A stretch of DNA of 64,000 nt from Octopus vulgaris (lineage: Eukaryota), in NCBI GenBank assembly GCA_951406725.2, contig OX597824.1, forward strand, positions 42,656,001 through 42,720,000. Direction: 5' to 3'. A program made the position numbers and the translations under genes. This document shows, in pieces, positions 1 through 14,838 of the stretch. A model generated the notes under the pieces. That model did no database searches. It was not told the DNA's origin and was given only the letters and a program-made list of their open reading frames with translations. The first letter of the stretch is position 1. Each line of letters starts with the position of its first letter.

Positions 1-15
1 ATATATATAAAATGT

Positions 16-50
<35 letters not shown>

Positions 51-234
51 TATATACATATATATACATATATATATACACACATATATATACATACATA
101 TATATATATTTATATTTATATATATATATATGTGTGTGTATATATATTTATGTGTGTGTATATATATATATATATATATACATATATACATACATATATA
201 TAATATAAATGTATAGATATATATATGTATATAT
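1..234. repeat. (TA)n/(TACA)n compound microsatellite
   Basis: Direct reading. The YI/HT-rich ORFs here are repeat artefacts. Confidence 0.97.
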
Positions 235-319
235 TTCTCGCTACAGCAAAACAAAATTTTTTAAATGTTGTCAAATTCATCGTTACCCACATAATGCCCA
301 TGGCCCCAAATTCTACAAT

Positions 320-1000
320 TCAAAACTCGTCGTAATGTGATTGCCACACAAAAGAATTCGATATGCTAACAGACTGGACCCGTAATTTACAATGCCTCTT
401 ACTCAAAGACCGAAATCTCAGGACTAGTTAATCAAAGGTAGCATTTCAATGTTTTCACCACCGTTAGTTTTGTTTTGATTAAGCGTTCTATTTATATCAG
501 TGGTCTTCAAGCGCGGCCCATATGGCTTCTGAGAGTTTATATAAGATTTTGTGGGTCCACGTAACAAAATATTGGATTGGTTGTTCCACAATCGTATTTT
601 AAGGGCCCCTGAAAAAATTTTGCTTTAAATGTATGTATTGCAAGAAAAAGCTAGGTTTCTTTCTCTGATATTTTACATAGTTCAACCTGCATAAGTTAAT
701 GTGTGAAAAGCAAAATAAGAATTTTGAAAAAAGTTTCTATAAAACTAGTTTTTAAGCATCAAATGGCTGTGGGGGTACACCAGAATAAAATAGTATTCAA
801 AGGGGTCCATAGATAAAAAAAAATTGGTTGAGAACCCCTGATCTATATTGATGTCATACACTAATTTTCTAACCAACATATATCTTTGAGTTAAAAGTCC
901 ATTAACCCCAGGCATATAGACTATAGAGAATATATTATGACAAAGATTTGAAAAGCAAACCTTTCACTGCATAAAAAAAGTCGGACTTGTCTCTTTCCTT
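320..1000 (+). mobile_element. Highly degenerate Penelope-like GIY-YIG endonuclease relic, split by the hAT MITE
   Basis: Broken-frame fragments (GPVIYNA..., ...FELKS..., AKPFTA...RTCL) resemble the clearer Penelope relic at 41545-41983. Confidence 0.3.
498..840. mobile_element. hAT (Charlie-like) MITE
   Basis: Imperfect 15-bp TIRs CAGTGGTCTTCAAGC / CAGGGGTTCTCAACC (rc). 8-bp TSD ATTTATAT (490-497) / ATCTATAT (841-848) with central TA. Confidence 0.8.
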
Positions 1001-1279
1001 TAATATACTTTAAAAGTACAACTTCACTATGATTATTTTATAACTTTATGAATATTACATTATACTTCAAGTTTATTTCGAAACCTTACCTATTTTGGAT
1101 CTATACCAAATTGATTGTAATAGCTTAACTTATTAGCCTTTACTTCCACTACGACTTTTATTCATATGTCCATCTATATGTGTTTACTCATGTCTGGCCC
1201 ACGTATATGAAGTTATCCTTTTGGGTGTTACTTTAGACTGTTTTTCATCTTTTCAATCGAACTTATAAATTCCAATTAA

Positions 1280-1478
1280 AGCGGCAAGCGGGTAGAATCG
1301 CTAGCACGCTTAGCGGCATTTCGTCATCTATATGTTCTGAGTTCACTTCTGCCGGAGTCTACTATAGCTTTCATCCTTTCAGGATCGATAAAATAAGTAA
1401 CAGTGAAACACTGGGGTTGATGTAATCGACTTACTCCTCCCCGAAACTGCTGGCCTTGTGCAAAAATTTGAAACAATA
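1280..1478 (+). mobile_element. tRNA-derived SINE, family B (Meta-domain-like body)
   Basis: GCGGCAAG...GTTCTGAGTTCA head and CTTTCATCCTTTC-GG-TCGATAAA..AAGTA body, shared with many copies in the window. Confidence 0.8.
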
Positions 1479-1615
1479 TTATTTTTAATTTGTTTAGGAG
1501 CGATTCTTGGAAGATAAATGATTTAGTCTGAGACTGTGAGTTGAAACAAAAACAATTGCAGCATAAAAGTCATATTAACCATTCTGAAAAACGTTAAAAC
1601 TTAACTTCGCTTAAA

Positions 1616-1940
1616 CATCGAAATTTTCGTCCCACCAACTGCGACCTCATCACTATCACAATTCTATTGCATCTGGTTTATAGCGAGGTTATTGATCGGC
1701 ATGTATAGGTTCCAGAGATATAATTTTTTTAATCTATATAAATCAGTCACTTTGGTTAGGTTCTCATAGTTAGTAACCTTGGTATTTAGAGCACCCAGCC
1801 AGAATAACTGACCTATACAGATAAAAGAAATCAATAATTCTGGAACCTATGTTAATCAGATCAACAACCTCGCCAGAAATCAGATGCAGTAGAATCCCGT
1901 AAGTAACCAGATCGTAATTGGTGCGACGAAAATTTTGATG
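1616..1940. repeat. Diverged foldback (inverted repeat), ~140-bp arms, with a third arm copy at ~2068-2170
   Basis: CATCGAAATTTTCGTCCCACCAACTGCGA (1616) matches the rc of TCGTAATTGGTGCGACGAAAATTTTGATG (ends 1940). Similarity continues inward through ATAGGTTCCAGA / TCTGGAACCTAT. Confidence 0.8.
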
Positions 1941-2494
1941 CCAAATAACTGTTTTAGGAAAGTCAATAAATTTGGTTCTTTTGAATGACTAATATGTATT
2001 TTCCAAGCTATAATTCTTATAATTAGTTTATATATCTATTACATTTTATACCCATTTCCATCCACAAAAACTGACCTCTGTAGATAAAAAAAAATCTATA
2101 ACTCTGGAACCTGTGTATGCCGACCAACAACCTCGCCACAAACCAGATGTGGTACAGCCGCATAAGTAACACCTATTACATTTTATATCCATTTCATTTG
2201 ATTCCTCATTTAACCCTTAGGTGCATTTCCCATTTCTAATCCCCCAACCCACTGAATCCACACCATTTATTAATCCTTTGTTTTTATAGGTGCAGGAGTG
2301 GCTGAGGGATAGGAAGCTTGCTTCTTAACCACATGCTTCTAGGTCCAGTCCCACTGCGTGGCACCTTGGGTAAGTGATTTCTACTATAGATACGGGCTGA
2401 CCAAAACCTTATGACTGAATTTGATAGACGGAAAGTGAAAGTGGTCCGTCGTATATATGTATATATTTATATATTATATATAAAGATATACATA

Positions 2495-2550
<56 letters not shown>

Positions 2551-2552
<2 letters not shown>

Positions 2553-3156
2553 AACAATTGAGGATAAAATCTTTAAAAGAAATTATCAGTAGTCAGCGTG
2601 AAAAACCTCGTAAGAGAAAAAATCCGTAAATTCTTCCTCTTTGAAAATATTCATTTATATTATATTGAGGGTACTACTATTCGTAGATACCAACACGCTA
2701 AGAGGGACCAATGCGGTCAAAACTACTAAAAATAAACAAAATTTTACTGAATGCAAAACTTCAAAACACATCATTTTAAAAAAGAATTCAGTTACATATC
2801 ACATGTGATTTCGCATTTAATGCAGAATATGCATTTCATGTTCGTCAGTGCAACAAACTCAAGAAATATAAGAAAAAACATAACATTACAAACTCGATAG
2901 TCAACCGTAGAATTCGTCGTAGCTTGTACGAATGTTTATCCTTACATATCTATGAAAATGGCGGGCTTTTTCGCAATGCATTTCGGTAACAAATTGCCTA
3001 GTCGGAATAAAAATTCAGTATTGAACTATTCCGGTGAAAAATCTAAATTAACAATTGAGGATAAAATCTTTAAAAGAAATTATCAGTAGTCAGCGTGAAA
3101 AACCTCGTAAAAGAAAAAATCCGTAAATTCTTCCTCTTTGAAAATATTCATTTATA
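2551..3156 (-). mobile_element. Retrozyme-like / non-autonomous Penelope-type element: 497-nt unit plus 109-nt terminal direct repeat, inserted in (TA)n
   Basis: 2551-2659 and 3048-3156 are identical except for one base. Flanked by (TA)n. Internal hammerhead on the minus strand. No coding capacity. Confidence 0.75.
2791..2854 (-). ncRNA. Type I hammerhead ribozyme
   Basis: Minus strand: GTTGCA-CTGACGA-[ACAT..ATGCA TATTC TGCAT..ATGC]-GAAA-TCACATGTGA-TA-TGTAAC. Stem I pairs with one G-U, and stem III is the palindrome ATCACATGTGAT. Confidence 0.75.
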
Positions 3157-3234
<78 letters not shown>

Positions 3235-3574
3235 TAGATACATAGATACATACATACATATATATAAATACACGATATAGATAGGTAGATATACGATGTG
3301 TGTGTGTGTGTGTCTTTGTATCTGTGTTTGTCTCCCACTACCGCTTGACAACTGGTGTTGGTGCGTTTACGTCCCCGTAACTTAGCGGTTCGGCAAAAGA
3401 AACCAATAGAATAAGTACCAGGTTGAGCAAAAAATTAATAAGTACTGGGGTCGATTATCTCCATCCTACAGATTCACGCATACATACACACACACACACG
3501 CGCGCGCCGATGCACATATACCGGTACGCGTTTACGCATAGCTACGTGGTTAAGAAGTTCCCCTACTGAATCGT

Positions 3575-3751
3575 AACATCACCATCGTCCTCATCATAAT
3601 AACCACAACCACCATCATCTTCATCATTTTCATCGTCAACATCATCGTTGTCATCATCGTCATCATCATCATCATCTTCTTCTTCTTCTTCTTCTTCTTC
3701 TTCTTCTTCTTCTTCTTCTTCAAGCGTTTCCGTCGTCGTCGTCGCCATCAC

Positions 3752-3818
<67 letters not shown>

Positions 3819-3991
3819 TTCATTATCATCTTTATGAACTTCTTTATTATCATCTTTTTTCATCGGCGTCGTCATCATTACCATCATCATCTACATCATG
3901 ACGACGACACCACCACCACCACCACCCCAACCATCACCGCCACCATCTTCTTCATCACCAGCATCGTCACCATCATCATCATCATCATAAC

Positions 3992-4024
<33 letters not shown>

Positions 4025-4027
4025 AAC

Positions 4028-4060
<33 letters not shown>

Positions 4061-4190
4061 TACCATCATCATCATCACAATGACCACCACAACCAAACAC
4101 CATCACTATCATCATTATCATCATCACCACCATCACCACCAGTACCACTTTCATCATCATTGTCATCATAGTCATCCCTATCATAATAAC
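3575..4190. repeat. (CAT)n/(CTT)n/(CAC)n trinucleotide low-complexity tract
   Basis: Direct reading. Confidence 0.95.
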
Positions 4191-4379
4191 ATGAAAATTA
4201 CCTTACCCTGCTCCTGCCCAAATGTTATCCACGCCAACCGTCACAAACAGTTCCAGTCTGCTAAAATTAACAGCCAGATATCCCTCAAGTTTCACATTGG
4301 CGCTTTAAATCAATAGAATAAAATAAAATAAAAGGAATGAAAATTACATAATATAGTTTGGGGTATAAAAAGTCGGGAT

Positions 4380-4793
4380 GGTGCAGACGTGTCTGTGCGG
4401 TAAGAAGCTTGCTTCTCAACGATCTAATCACATGGTTTCGGGTTCAGTCCCACTGCATGGCAACTAAAGCATGTGTTTTCTACTATAGCCTCAGGCCACC
4501 CAAAGCCTTGTAAGTGAATCTGGTAGACGGAAATTGAAAGAAACCCGGCGTATATACGTATGTGTGTATCTATGTGTTGTCGTGTGTCTATGGGTCAGTA
4601 TTTGTCCCACCACCACTGCTTGACAATGTTGGTGTATTTACGTCCCCGTAACCTAGCGGTTCGACAAAACAGACCGATAGGATAAGTACCACGCTTTAAA
4701 GAAAGAAAAAGTACTGGAGTCGATTCATTCGACTAAAATTTCAAGACGGTGCCCCAGAATGGCCGCAGTCAAAAGACAAAAACAAGTAAAAAG
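4380..4793 (+). mobile_element. SINE family A, near full length
   Basis: Head, GGGTTCAGTCCCACTG B-box-like segment, internal TG tract and 3' GGTGCCCCAGAATGGCCGCAGTC tail. Confidence 0.88.
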
Positions 4794-5419
4794 GTAAAGC
4801 AAAAAACAAAAAGTATTGGTCACAGCAGAAACGTCTTTTCGTCATGTGTCTTCACGATTAAGAATGGTCTCGGATTAAATAACAACAACAACAGCAAGTC
4901 CAGCAACAATAACAACAACAACAGCAGCCACCAAATCACAACACAACCCAGCAATGTTACACGCCTCTACACACCTGCAAAATCCACCATTATCACCACC
5001 CCCACCGGACGCAAACTGCCACCGCCTTCGTCACCTGATCACCCCGGCCATCACTCCATCCTATGCGCAGACACCTCCCACTGACAACAGACGATCCGAT
5101 AACAACAACGCCATTGCTCTCCGACCACCACCAACATCGTTTTCAACCCAGCAACCATCTTAATCTTCCCCCCTAACGTACCGTCCGCACCTTCTCCAGC
5201 ATCAGTAAACTGCAACAGCAAAAGATGGAAGTTGACATAGCTTATCTAAGAAACACAACTAAAATAAAAATGCATAAAACTACTGTGACGGGGGTCGGTG
5301 ACGTCAACGACGTCGACAACGTCCGAGAATAGCCGAGTTCGGCACGTTTTTTATCCGTATACGATGAAACAGCGATAGCGCTGTTGTCAACAACGGGGTC
5401 TTTGCAATTACTGCAGGAC

Positions 5420-6985
<1,566 letters not shown>

Positions 6986-7450
6986 GGCGGTGGTAATATT
7001 TTAGTCTGGATACGGTGGGTAAATGGCCGGGACGTCATAGAATTTTTTTTTTTCTGTAATAGCTGGGTTTTTTTATGTGTTTGTTTGTGTGTGCGTATTT
7101 TTTATACCCTTTTTGTCACTAATGACAACATCATCAATCACTTGAAATTTTCACCCCTAACTCCCATTTACCCGCCCTCTACTAACACCCTTGTATCCAA
7201 CCCTAACCTTCATTCAGCCCCTTGGAACCACTCTGCCATCACTCCCACAACAGAAGTATTGATAACATTGAGTATTGATAGCATTGAAGGAGAATCGTAA
7301 AATTCTCACGTGTGCAACTGCCTACGTAAATGTATGCACCAACACACACATTCGCAAACACATTCAAACATAGACGCTCTCACATATACACACTAAGACA
7401 GGAGACATGCACACACACACACATATATACATACATACATACATACATAC

Positions 7451-7491
<41 letters not shown>

Positions 7492-7542
7492 CACATATAT
7501 TCCCTTACACTCTGACCTTAGGCGTATACACATATACATACA

Positions 7543-7576
<34 letters not shown>

Positions 7577-7577
<1 letters not shown>

Positions 7578-7957
7578 TAGCAGTATCGCCCGGCGTTGCT
7601 CAGGTTTGTAAGGGAAATAACTATAAAGCATTTTTAGAGAGTTATAGCCAAAAAATAGCAAAAAAATGGGAAAAAATGATGGTAAATTTTTTTGTGAGTA
7701 AAAAAAGGTGGAGTTGCGCCCCTAGACAGTTTGCGGTTTGTGTTTCTGATTCTCGACCCCATGTCGAATTTATCGATTTTTTTCAGAACTGGGGGAACTT
7801 TTCAAAATTTTCGCTGCGTTAGTTTTGAATTATGACATTGGGCTATGTGTGTGTCAAGTTTCATCAGAATCGGTTGAAAGCCGTGGTCAGGGTGAGGGTA
7901 CAAGCAAACAGACACACAGAAACACGCACAGACAAACTGCCGTTTATATAGAGAGAG

Positions 7958-7958
<1 letters not shown>
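7577..7958 (-). mobile_element. Non-autonomous Helitron
   Basis: Minus strand begins TCTCTCTCTATATAAACGGCAG and ends with hairpin CCTGAGCAACGCCGGG + 8 nt + CTAG. Inserted between A and T in a (TA)n tract. Confidence 0.85.
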
Positions 7959-7988
<30 letters not shown>

Positions 7989-8301
7989 TAAATACACACA
8001 CATATATACATATACTCACATACACACAGCAGTTAGACGTGCACACACATACACACACACACGCACACATACAAACAAACGTACATATACACACGCATAC
8101 GTACATGCAATTAGTTGTACCTGCGCATATATATAAAGACAAACACGTTCGCACTCCTTACACATACATATCAAGATACAGGTTTCCACGCACACATGAA
8201 AAAAACTGTCAAAGATGTGCACATAGACTAACAAACAAACACGTGCGTGTGCATACATATAAACACTCACTTATCATACACACACACACACACACACACA
8301 T

Positions 8302-8358
<57 letters not shown>

Positions 8359-8789
8359 TGCAACCAGACTGTGAACAAATATAGAACGACTAAAAGTGTA
8401 TTACACCAAGTGGTCAAAGCTTGTCAGTATTTAAAAAAAAAAACAATATCCCACAATGCATTTTCAGTACCAGAGCTTGTAGTAATCATTAAGTCTGCGT
8501 TTCTGCAGTAATAGTGATATCGGCAGACTCGTTTCCAGTGGAGAAAGGACAAAGAGAAAGGCTAAAAACTAGTACAGGTTGCTCTAAGCGTTTTCGCAAA
8601 CATCGTCTTCTAACCAACATCAACAATATCAACAAAAACAAATACGTTTGCAAAGTGCTCAAAAAGTGTATAGGTACGGTGGAGTCACCTGACGAAGTAC
8701 TCGGAGCTGCTGAAGGAATCTACGTCAACAAAAACTTGGAGGAGAAGATATCTGAGTATGAAGGCAAGTTTAGATAAAGATGATGACTG

Positions 8790-9300
8790 CATCGACCGGA
8801 AGTGGGACCGTTTTTCGACACGTGAACATTATGTAGCGTCCTATTACGATTATTGTGCTTTTTGCAATCCAAAAGCAGGAAATTTCTACTAAATACCTGT
8901 TGAATAACAGACATTGAACCGTTTAAACATTCAAGATGAGACCGAAACTGTCGATCATGTTACATATTCGTGAAGGATACTACATATAGATATATGCGAT
9001 TTGTACAGCCACAAAATGTCATTAATTTCTTTCCTTCTTCTGATAAAGTATGATGTTTCTGAGGAAAAATGCACTGCCAAAGTAGAGAAAATATTGCTGT
9101 TTGAGCAAACGTTCATTTCAACACAAAAAATATTAATGGATATTCCCATCAAAACTTTCGATAAATGGCTGATATAGTAGTCTTGGGAGGTAAAACAAAA
9201 ATGATGTTGTTTTGGAAATTAGCAATCCAACGGATGTAAACATTTCTTTTCAAGTCATTGAGAAGCATCTATGATCAAATGCTTCGAAATCTATAATTTC
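8790..9300 (+). mobile_element. Degenerate RLE-type (R4/Dong-like) LINE C-terminal relic
   Basis: Broken-frame QKQEISTKYL, ETVDHVT.S, DIPIKT, ADIVVL motifs. Confidence 0.5.
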
Positions 9301-9648
9301 TCTGCTCAGATTATAGTTCAACGCACATCTACACAAGCAATAATTAGGCACAAATTCCAATAATTGGACGCTAACGATGCGTCAGTGTTGTGAGCTGGGG
9401 CCACTGAGTCCTTTAACAGTATTCACCCCGATCCAGGTGAACTGACCTAGGTTAATCGAGATTAGGCCTGTGTCAAATTGATAACCCAAGTGCTCTATTC
9501 ATACGGGTGTCAAATCAAATTTATACACAATCGTTTCCCAAATTCAATACATAACTCAGGACGGTTATCTAAATTTTGCCGAGGCAGGTTTGTTTCTAAG
9601 TTAGAAACTAATTCTTTCTTTGTAGAAATTCTTAGGCTGTAATATCTA

Positions 9649-10872
9649 CAGAGTGTCCCTAAGTTAAGGCATGCGAAGTTTGGGCTTTCATAACTATTAA
9701 TAAATGTGATAAGGTATGAAAATTATGCATAATTATAAAAGTTTAGTGTGTCTTTGTTTCATACTAAATAAATTCAGATTTATAAATTACATGATGGTTA
9801 TAGACCGATATACAATCATAACCCTACACAAAGGAGGCGAAAGTAATACAGCTATAGCAAAAAAGCTTAAAATTAACAAAACAACAGTCTGGGAAATTGT
9901 CAAGAAATTTCAAGAGACTGGTTCCACCACTGATCGACCTGGATGTGGCCCAAAAATGAAGTGTGCGGACCCCTCAGCTTATCAAAAGTACCAGAGAAAA
10001 GATACGGCGAAATCCACGTCGCTCCGTTAAAAAACTTGTTGCCACAACAAAAATAAGCCGAGTATCGATGAATCGAGTGCTGAAGGATGATCTCAGGACC
10101 CATCCCTACAAGGTGATCCCCCGTCATGAGCTCACGCAAGTTTATAAGTCTATGAGACTGAAGAGAAATCGTCTTATCCTGCGTCAAAATGCTGAAGGCA
10201 CGCTGCACAACCTGGTGTTCATTGATGAAAAGAAATTTGACATCAAACAGACAGTAAACCACCAGAATGACCGATTTTGGAGTGTATCAGGCTCCGTCAA
10301 AATCCACCGTCAGTTATGGCTTGGGCGGATGTAACAGCCACTGGAAGGTCTCCCCTCATTTTTGTGCCCTCATGTGTTAAATTTAACACCGAGCGACATT
10401 CTGAAAGTTGAACTGCCTCATTGGGCGAATAAGCACGTTTAAGGCGCACCTTGGAGAACTCAGCACCATCCCAGACACAACACTGAATTCAGAAAAGCAT
10501 TCCGTCGTTCATAGGCAAGGATGCATGGCCCTCAAGAAACCTCGATCTCAACCCGTTGGATTTTTCTATTTGGTTCATTTTGGAGACGAAAGCCTCAAGC
10601 ACTCCTCATGCTTTGCTGGACGCTCTGAGGGCAAAACCGCGCCAGAAATGGGCTTCAATTCCGCGAGAACAGCTGCGTGCCCTATGTGAAGCATTCGCAC
10701 CTAGACTTAAGGCTGTGATTCGAAACAGAGGCAGTAATATCGAATAAATGTGGTGGTGTCATAATTGTGTTTCCTTTACCATAACATTACAACGCTCGGA
10801 CCCGAGATATAAGATATATTTTGTTTTGGCAAAATTGAAAGACGGTGGTTGCTTTAATTTTGGGACACCTTG
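9649..10872 (+). mobile_element. Tc1/mariner element (maT/DD37D-like), defective transposase
   Basis: TA TSDs. TIRs CAGAGTGTCCCTAAGTTAAGGCA / CAAGGTGTCCCAAAATTAAAGCA (rc). Frameshifted ORF with HTH (KKFQETGSTTDRPGCG), VFIDEKKF, DLNPLDFSIW and RLKAVIRNRGSNIE. Confidence 0.92.
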
Positions 10873-10922
10873 TATATGCATACGGATACACACACACACA
10901 CGCACACACACTCACACACACG

Positions 10923-11007
<85 letters not shown>

Positions 11008-11997
11008 GGTTAATGTAGTGAGGAAAGGCAAATAATTAGGCAATGCAGGTGAAGGACATTTAAATTCATTTAATTCAATCTAAATCAAGCTACATAACGA
11101 ATGGAAATAATAAAAATTAGTAAAGCTAATCTCAGACAGTTACTTCTGGATATTCCAGCTATTGGAACATCGTAATGCGCGAAGACTCTGTAAGTTGGAC
11201 ATGCCGTCATTGGAGTTTAGAAAGTGGAAGAATGTTCCGCATCAATGATAATTGTTGAGGTTCATTATGTCCAGGAGTTTGGGAGGGTCCGATTAAATCC
11301 AGTTAGATCGGGTCTTCTTTAGGTAAATCCATGATCGGAAAGAATTATTAGGCACAGCATGGTGAAAAGAAAACAATTCTTATGCGGTATTCCATATTGA
11401 GAGAAAATCCCCCAGTCTGAGGCCGGGAAACTAAGTTTAATGCCTGGAAAAGAATCTGGATTGCCTGAGTTATGACCAGGACTATAAAAGAGAAAGACGA
11501 TAAAAAACAAAACTCATTGCCAGTGTTACAGGTTCGATTCTAATTAATTTTCTGTTCTGGCTGGGTCCCAAGACAGTTCAAACCAAGCAGGCTTCTATTC
11601 AAAGCATTCCAGACAGTGGCCATTTCTTTTAATTTTCAGAACATGTTATGTTATTTAATGCATCTTCACTATTGTAAAATTGTAAGGTGTGATTTGAAAG
11701 AAATTTGGCTGCTATATCTAGCTGTTTAGAAACTACGTTTATGGTTGGTTTAATTTTTATTTTTGTTCTTAGTGTTGCTCTTCAACTCCAGATCGATCAT
11801 GATCTGTAGGACTTATGATAAAAAGTATTTAAACCCTGATCATTTTATCCATTTTGTACTCCTAAGACTACATCGTCCAGTGTATTTCTTATTTTTCATA
11901 AACAACAAGAGGTAATCTGTGGGAGATTTGGTTGCTATTTCTAACAGGTTGAACCACCACAACTTTCCTTCTATGTGCGTATACACAAATCACCGGT

Positions 11998-12198
<201 letters not shown>

Positions 12199-12631
12199 CA
12201 GAGTGTACACACCTTAGTTCAAAGCAGGCATTTTTCAATACTAACTTCGTGATGTGTATTCACACTTCGATAACAAAAAATCGTTCCAGTCAATACTCAA
12301 AATTTTTATTCTGAAGAAATAATCTTTATATAAACGGTCGCCAACATTTTAATGGGCTCGTTTGGCTTTTTCATTCTTTCACATTAAAGAGTAACACGGG
12401 ATAATTATAATAAATTGCTTATTCTAAAATCTCAATATGATGCATTGTTTCAATATTTGCTTGTCCATAAGCACTAATATATAATATTTTACCTTAACGA
12501 ATAACTTGAACTTCTCTTCCTACTCATTCTTTCTTTCAATCTCTTCTCATTCATTCTTTCTTTCAATCTTCTTTTCCTTCTTTTCTCTTTCCTTCCTTTT
12601 TACTTTCACTAGTTTTTTTTCTCCCACTCTT

Positions 12632-12664
<33 letters not shown>

Positions 12665-12739
12665 TACACACACACACATGCATAGACACACACAAATACA
12701 CACACATGCACACACAGACCTTAGTTAATAACATGTTAC

Positions 12740-14310
12740 CGAAGAGATTGGCGCTGCCATCAGTGGTCTGCTCTACGATGCGTAAACATGCGCATCCCGA
12801 ACCGATCTATGCACATCCTTCACTCCATGCGATATATCATAGAAAGGGTGGGTAAGAAACCTAGCATGAATGAAGGCCAGGTCAAATTAGATCAATTTAG
12901 CCTTCGACAAGTTCGAACATCAGTATTCGGTGGCTGTCGTCACAGCAGTCGGTTTCGGTCCTGTCTTGTGCGGTTGTATTACCGCAATGTACATCGACGA
13001 CAGCTGCTCTGTGGTTAGGGTGAATGGCCGCATATCGGAATCATTCAGCATTACAGATTCTGACCGCCAAGGTTGTCTCCTTGAAACTCATCCGTATTTA
13101 CTGACTCTTGAGTCACTACAGAATGAACTAGAGACATTGAGAGGCATCCAGCGCAACCTAAGATGTGTAAGATTCATGTCAACGGATCTTACACATCTTA
13201 GAAGGCGACGCTAAGATGCGGATGACATCACTGTAATACTGTTGTTGGAACCAAGCAAATTATGGTGATTAGCATCGCTGTAAGGGAATACGAAGCGGTG
13301 ATAGAGGCAAAAAATTAGCAGGAAAAGTCGCTGAACGTGCATCTAGGTACCTGGAGAGACAGGTCCATATCTCAACAGTATTGTGGATCGCTGGACAGTT
13401 TAGGGTACCGGTTGAACTGCTCGGGTAACCTACTAGTTTAAAGTACCGGTTACATTGCTCGGTTATGGTATGATCTAGCTCTCCATGTGGATGTGGACAA
13501 GAACTGAGAAGTGGCGAGCAGGATAGCTAGTCTCATCTCATCCAGAAATGGGCCGAGAGGAAACTATCCTTGAAGGGTCGGGTGGAGATGACAAATCCCT
13601 ACATTGATTCTATCATCTACTATTTGCCATTCTTATATTGCCTCGCTTCATAGCTGACCTGAATGAAGCACTCGCACCTCCGCTTTCTGTGGTGAGGTCG
13701 TGTTCCGCTGGTTAGACGGTCTATTTCTTGTCAACATTCGCAGCGTGGGGGACAGAGTATGCCGTGGCTAATGATAAGCAGACATGTGCTGAGGCTGTGA
13801 CATCTCCAGCGCTTCCTCGATGGTGAATAAGTTGATGTTCTGGGTCGAAGGAAGACTAAGGCAAGGTGCTTGGTACTTAGAGTACCGTTAGGCACCCACA
13901 ACCCTCTGTCAGTTGAGAAATATGTCCTGCTCGCCTTCGTCCAGTGTCCGAATATTAATGCCTCGAGGAATTATGTCGAACAGCTGCTGTTACGTATAAA
14001 ATTGATCCAGCTATCAGCTGAGTCCATCGTGAAAATTACCTCATCACCTTCCTTTGGCCGAGAAGGGCAGACATTATTGTTCTGGCTTATAGCGAAAGAG
14101 GTTGTGTTGTAGCTGTGACTGAAAGTACTGAAGAATACTTTCATTTTCGATCAAGCGCTCATCGACTTTTTAAAGTTACACTTGGAAAAAAAAGTGAGGA
14201 TGTAGAAGGTGCTGCGCCCCAATAGATTTTTTTAAAGGGCTGTTGGATACAGCGAGAATGGCCTGAGTGAACGGAGCGACACTAAACATGAACTTCTAGA
14301 TTTAAAAGTA
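12740..14310 (+). mobile_element. L1/Tx1-clade LINE ORF2 (RT) relic
   Basis: LDQ..FDKV.H, VGFGP, VRVNG..SESFSI...RQGC, ADDIT motifs. The C-terminus (LIDFLKLHLEKKVRM...ARMA..NGATL) matches 20563-20709. Confidence 0.85.
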
Positions 14311-14519
14311 AGCATGCACCCATAGGCTAAAAATTACTGAGAACTGAGAAGAACTTGCCAGAATACTCCTGGTATTGCAGTTTCTGCCTCTTCTTTTGCA
14401 GCTTTTCCATGGCTACTGCTTACTTTTGTATTTGTATATGTTGTTGGTTTTACTATTGTGATTGTTGCAGATGCTGCTGTTATTGTTTTGATGATATAGT
14501 TATATACCCTTGTTGGTGT

Positions 14520-14835
14520 TGTATATAGAGAAGCTGAAAGCAGTAAAAGTCTCACTGCTTTCGCTTTCTGTTTTTGGGTGAAGGCTTTCAAATGTTTAGC
14601 ATCGCCACATATGCAGCACCTGGGTCTTTTGCCCTCCACCGTAACGTGAAGTTCTGCACCATTCGAAAATTCCATTAGCTTTGGATTCTTTCCTAGGTGT
14701 TCTTTCACTCCAATTCTATTCTGGAACAATTCTGTTTGCATTTTTTTTAAATTCTGAAGAGTGTCACTTCCATCCAGGACGACACAAGCTATTGGGTCAT
14801 ACCATAAATAATGCAGTTTTTTCAATTGCATGAAC
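14520..14835 (-). mobile_element. Tx1-like ORF1 (zinc-knuckle) fragment, inverted
   Basis: HVTVEGKRPRCCICGDAKHLK (CX2CX4H) in ORF 14334-14939. Confidence 0.6.
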
Positions 14836-14838
14836 CAA

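Larger units (their letters stand above)
2289..3456 (+). mobile_element. tRNA-derived SINE, family A (internal (TA)n tract), interrupted by a hammerhead element
   Basis: Head GGTGCAGGAGTGGC...CCTTGGGTAAGTG...GTCCGTCG (2289-2451). Tail ...TTACGTCCCCGTAACTTAGCGGTTCGGCAAAAG... (3300-3456). Matches the intact copy at 58944. Confidence 0.9.
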
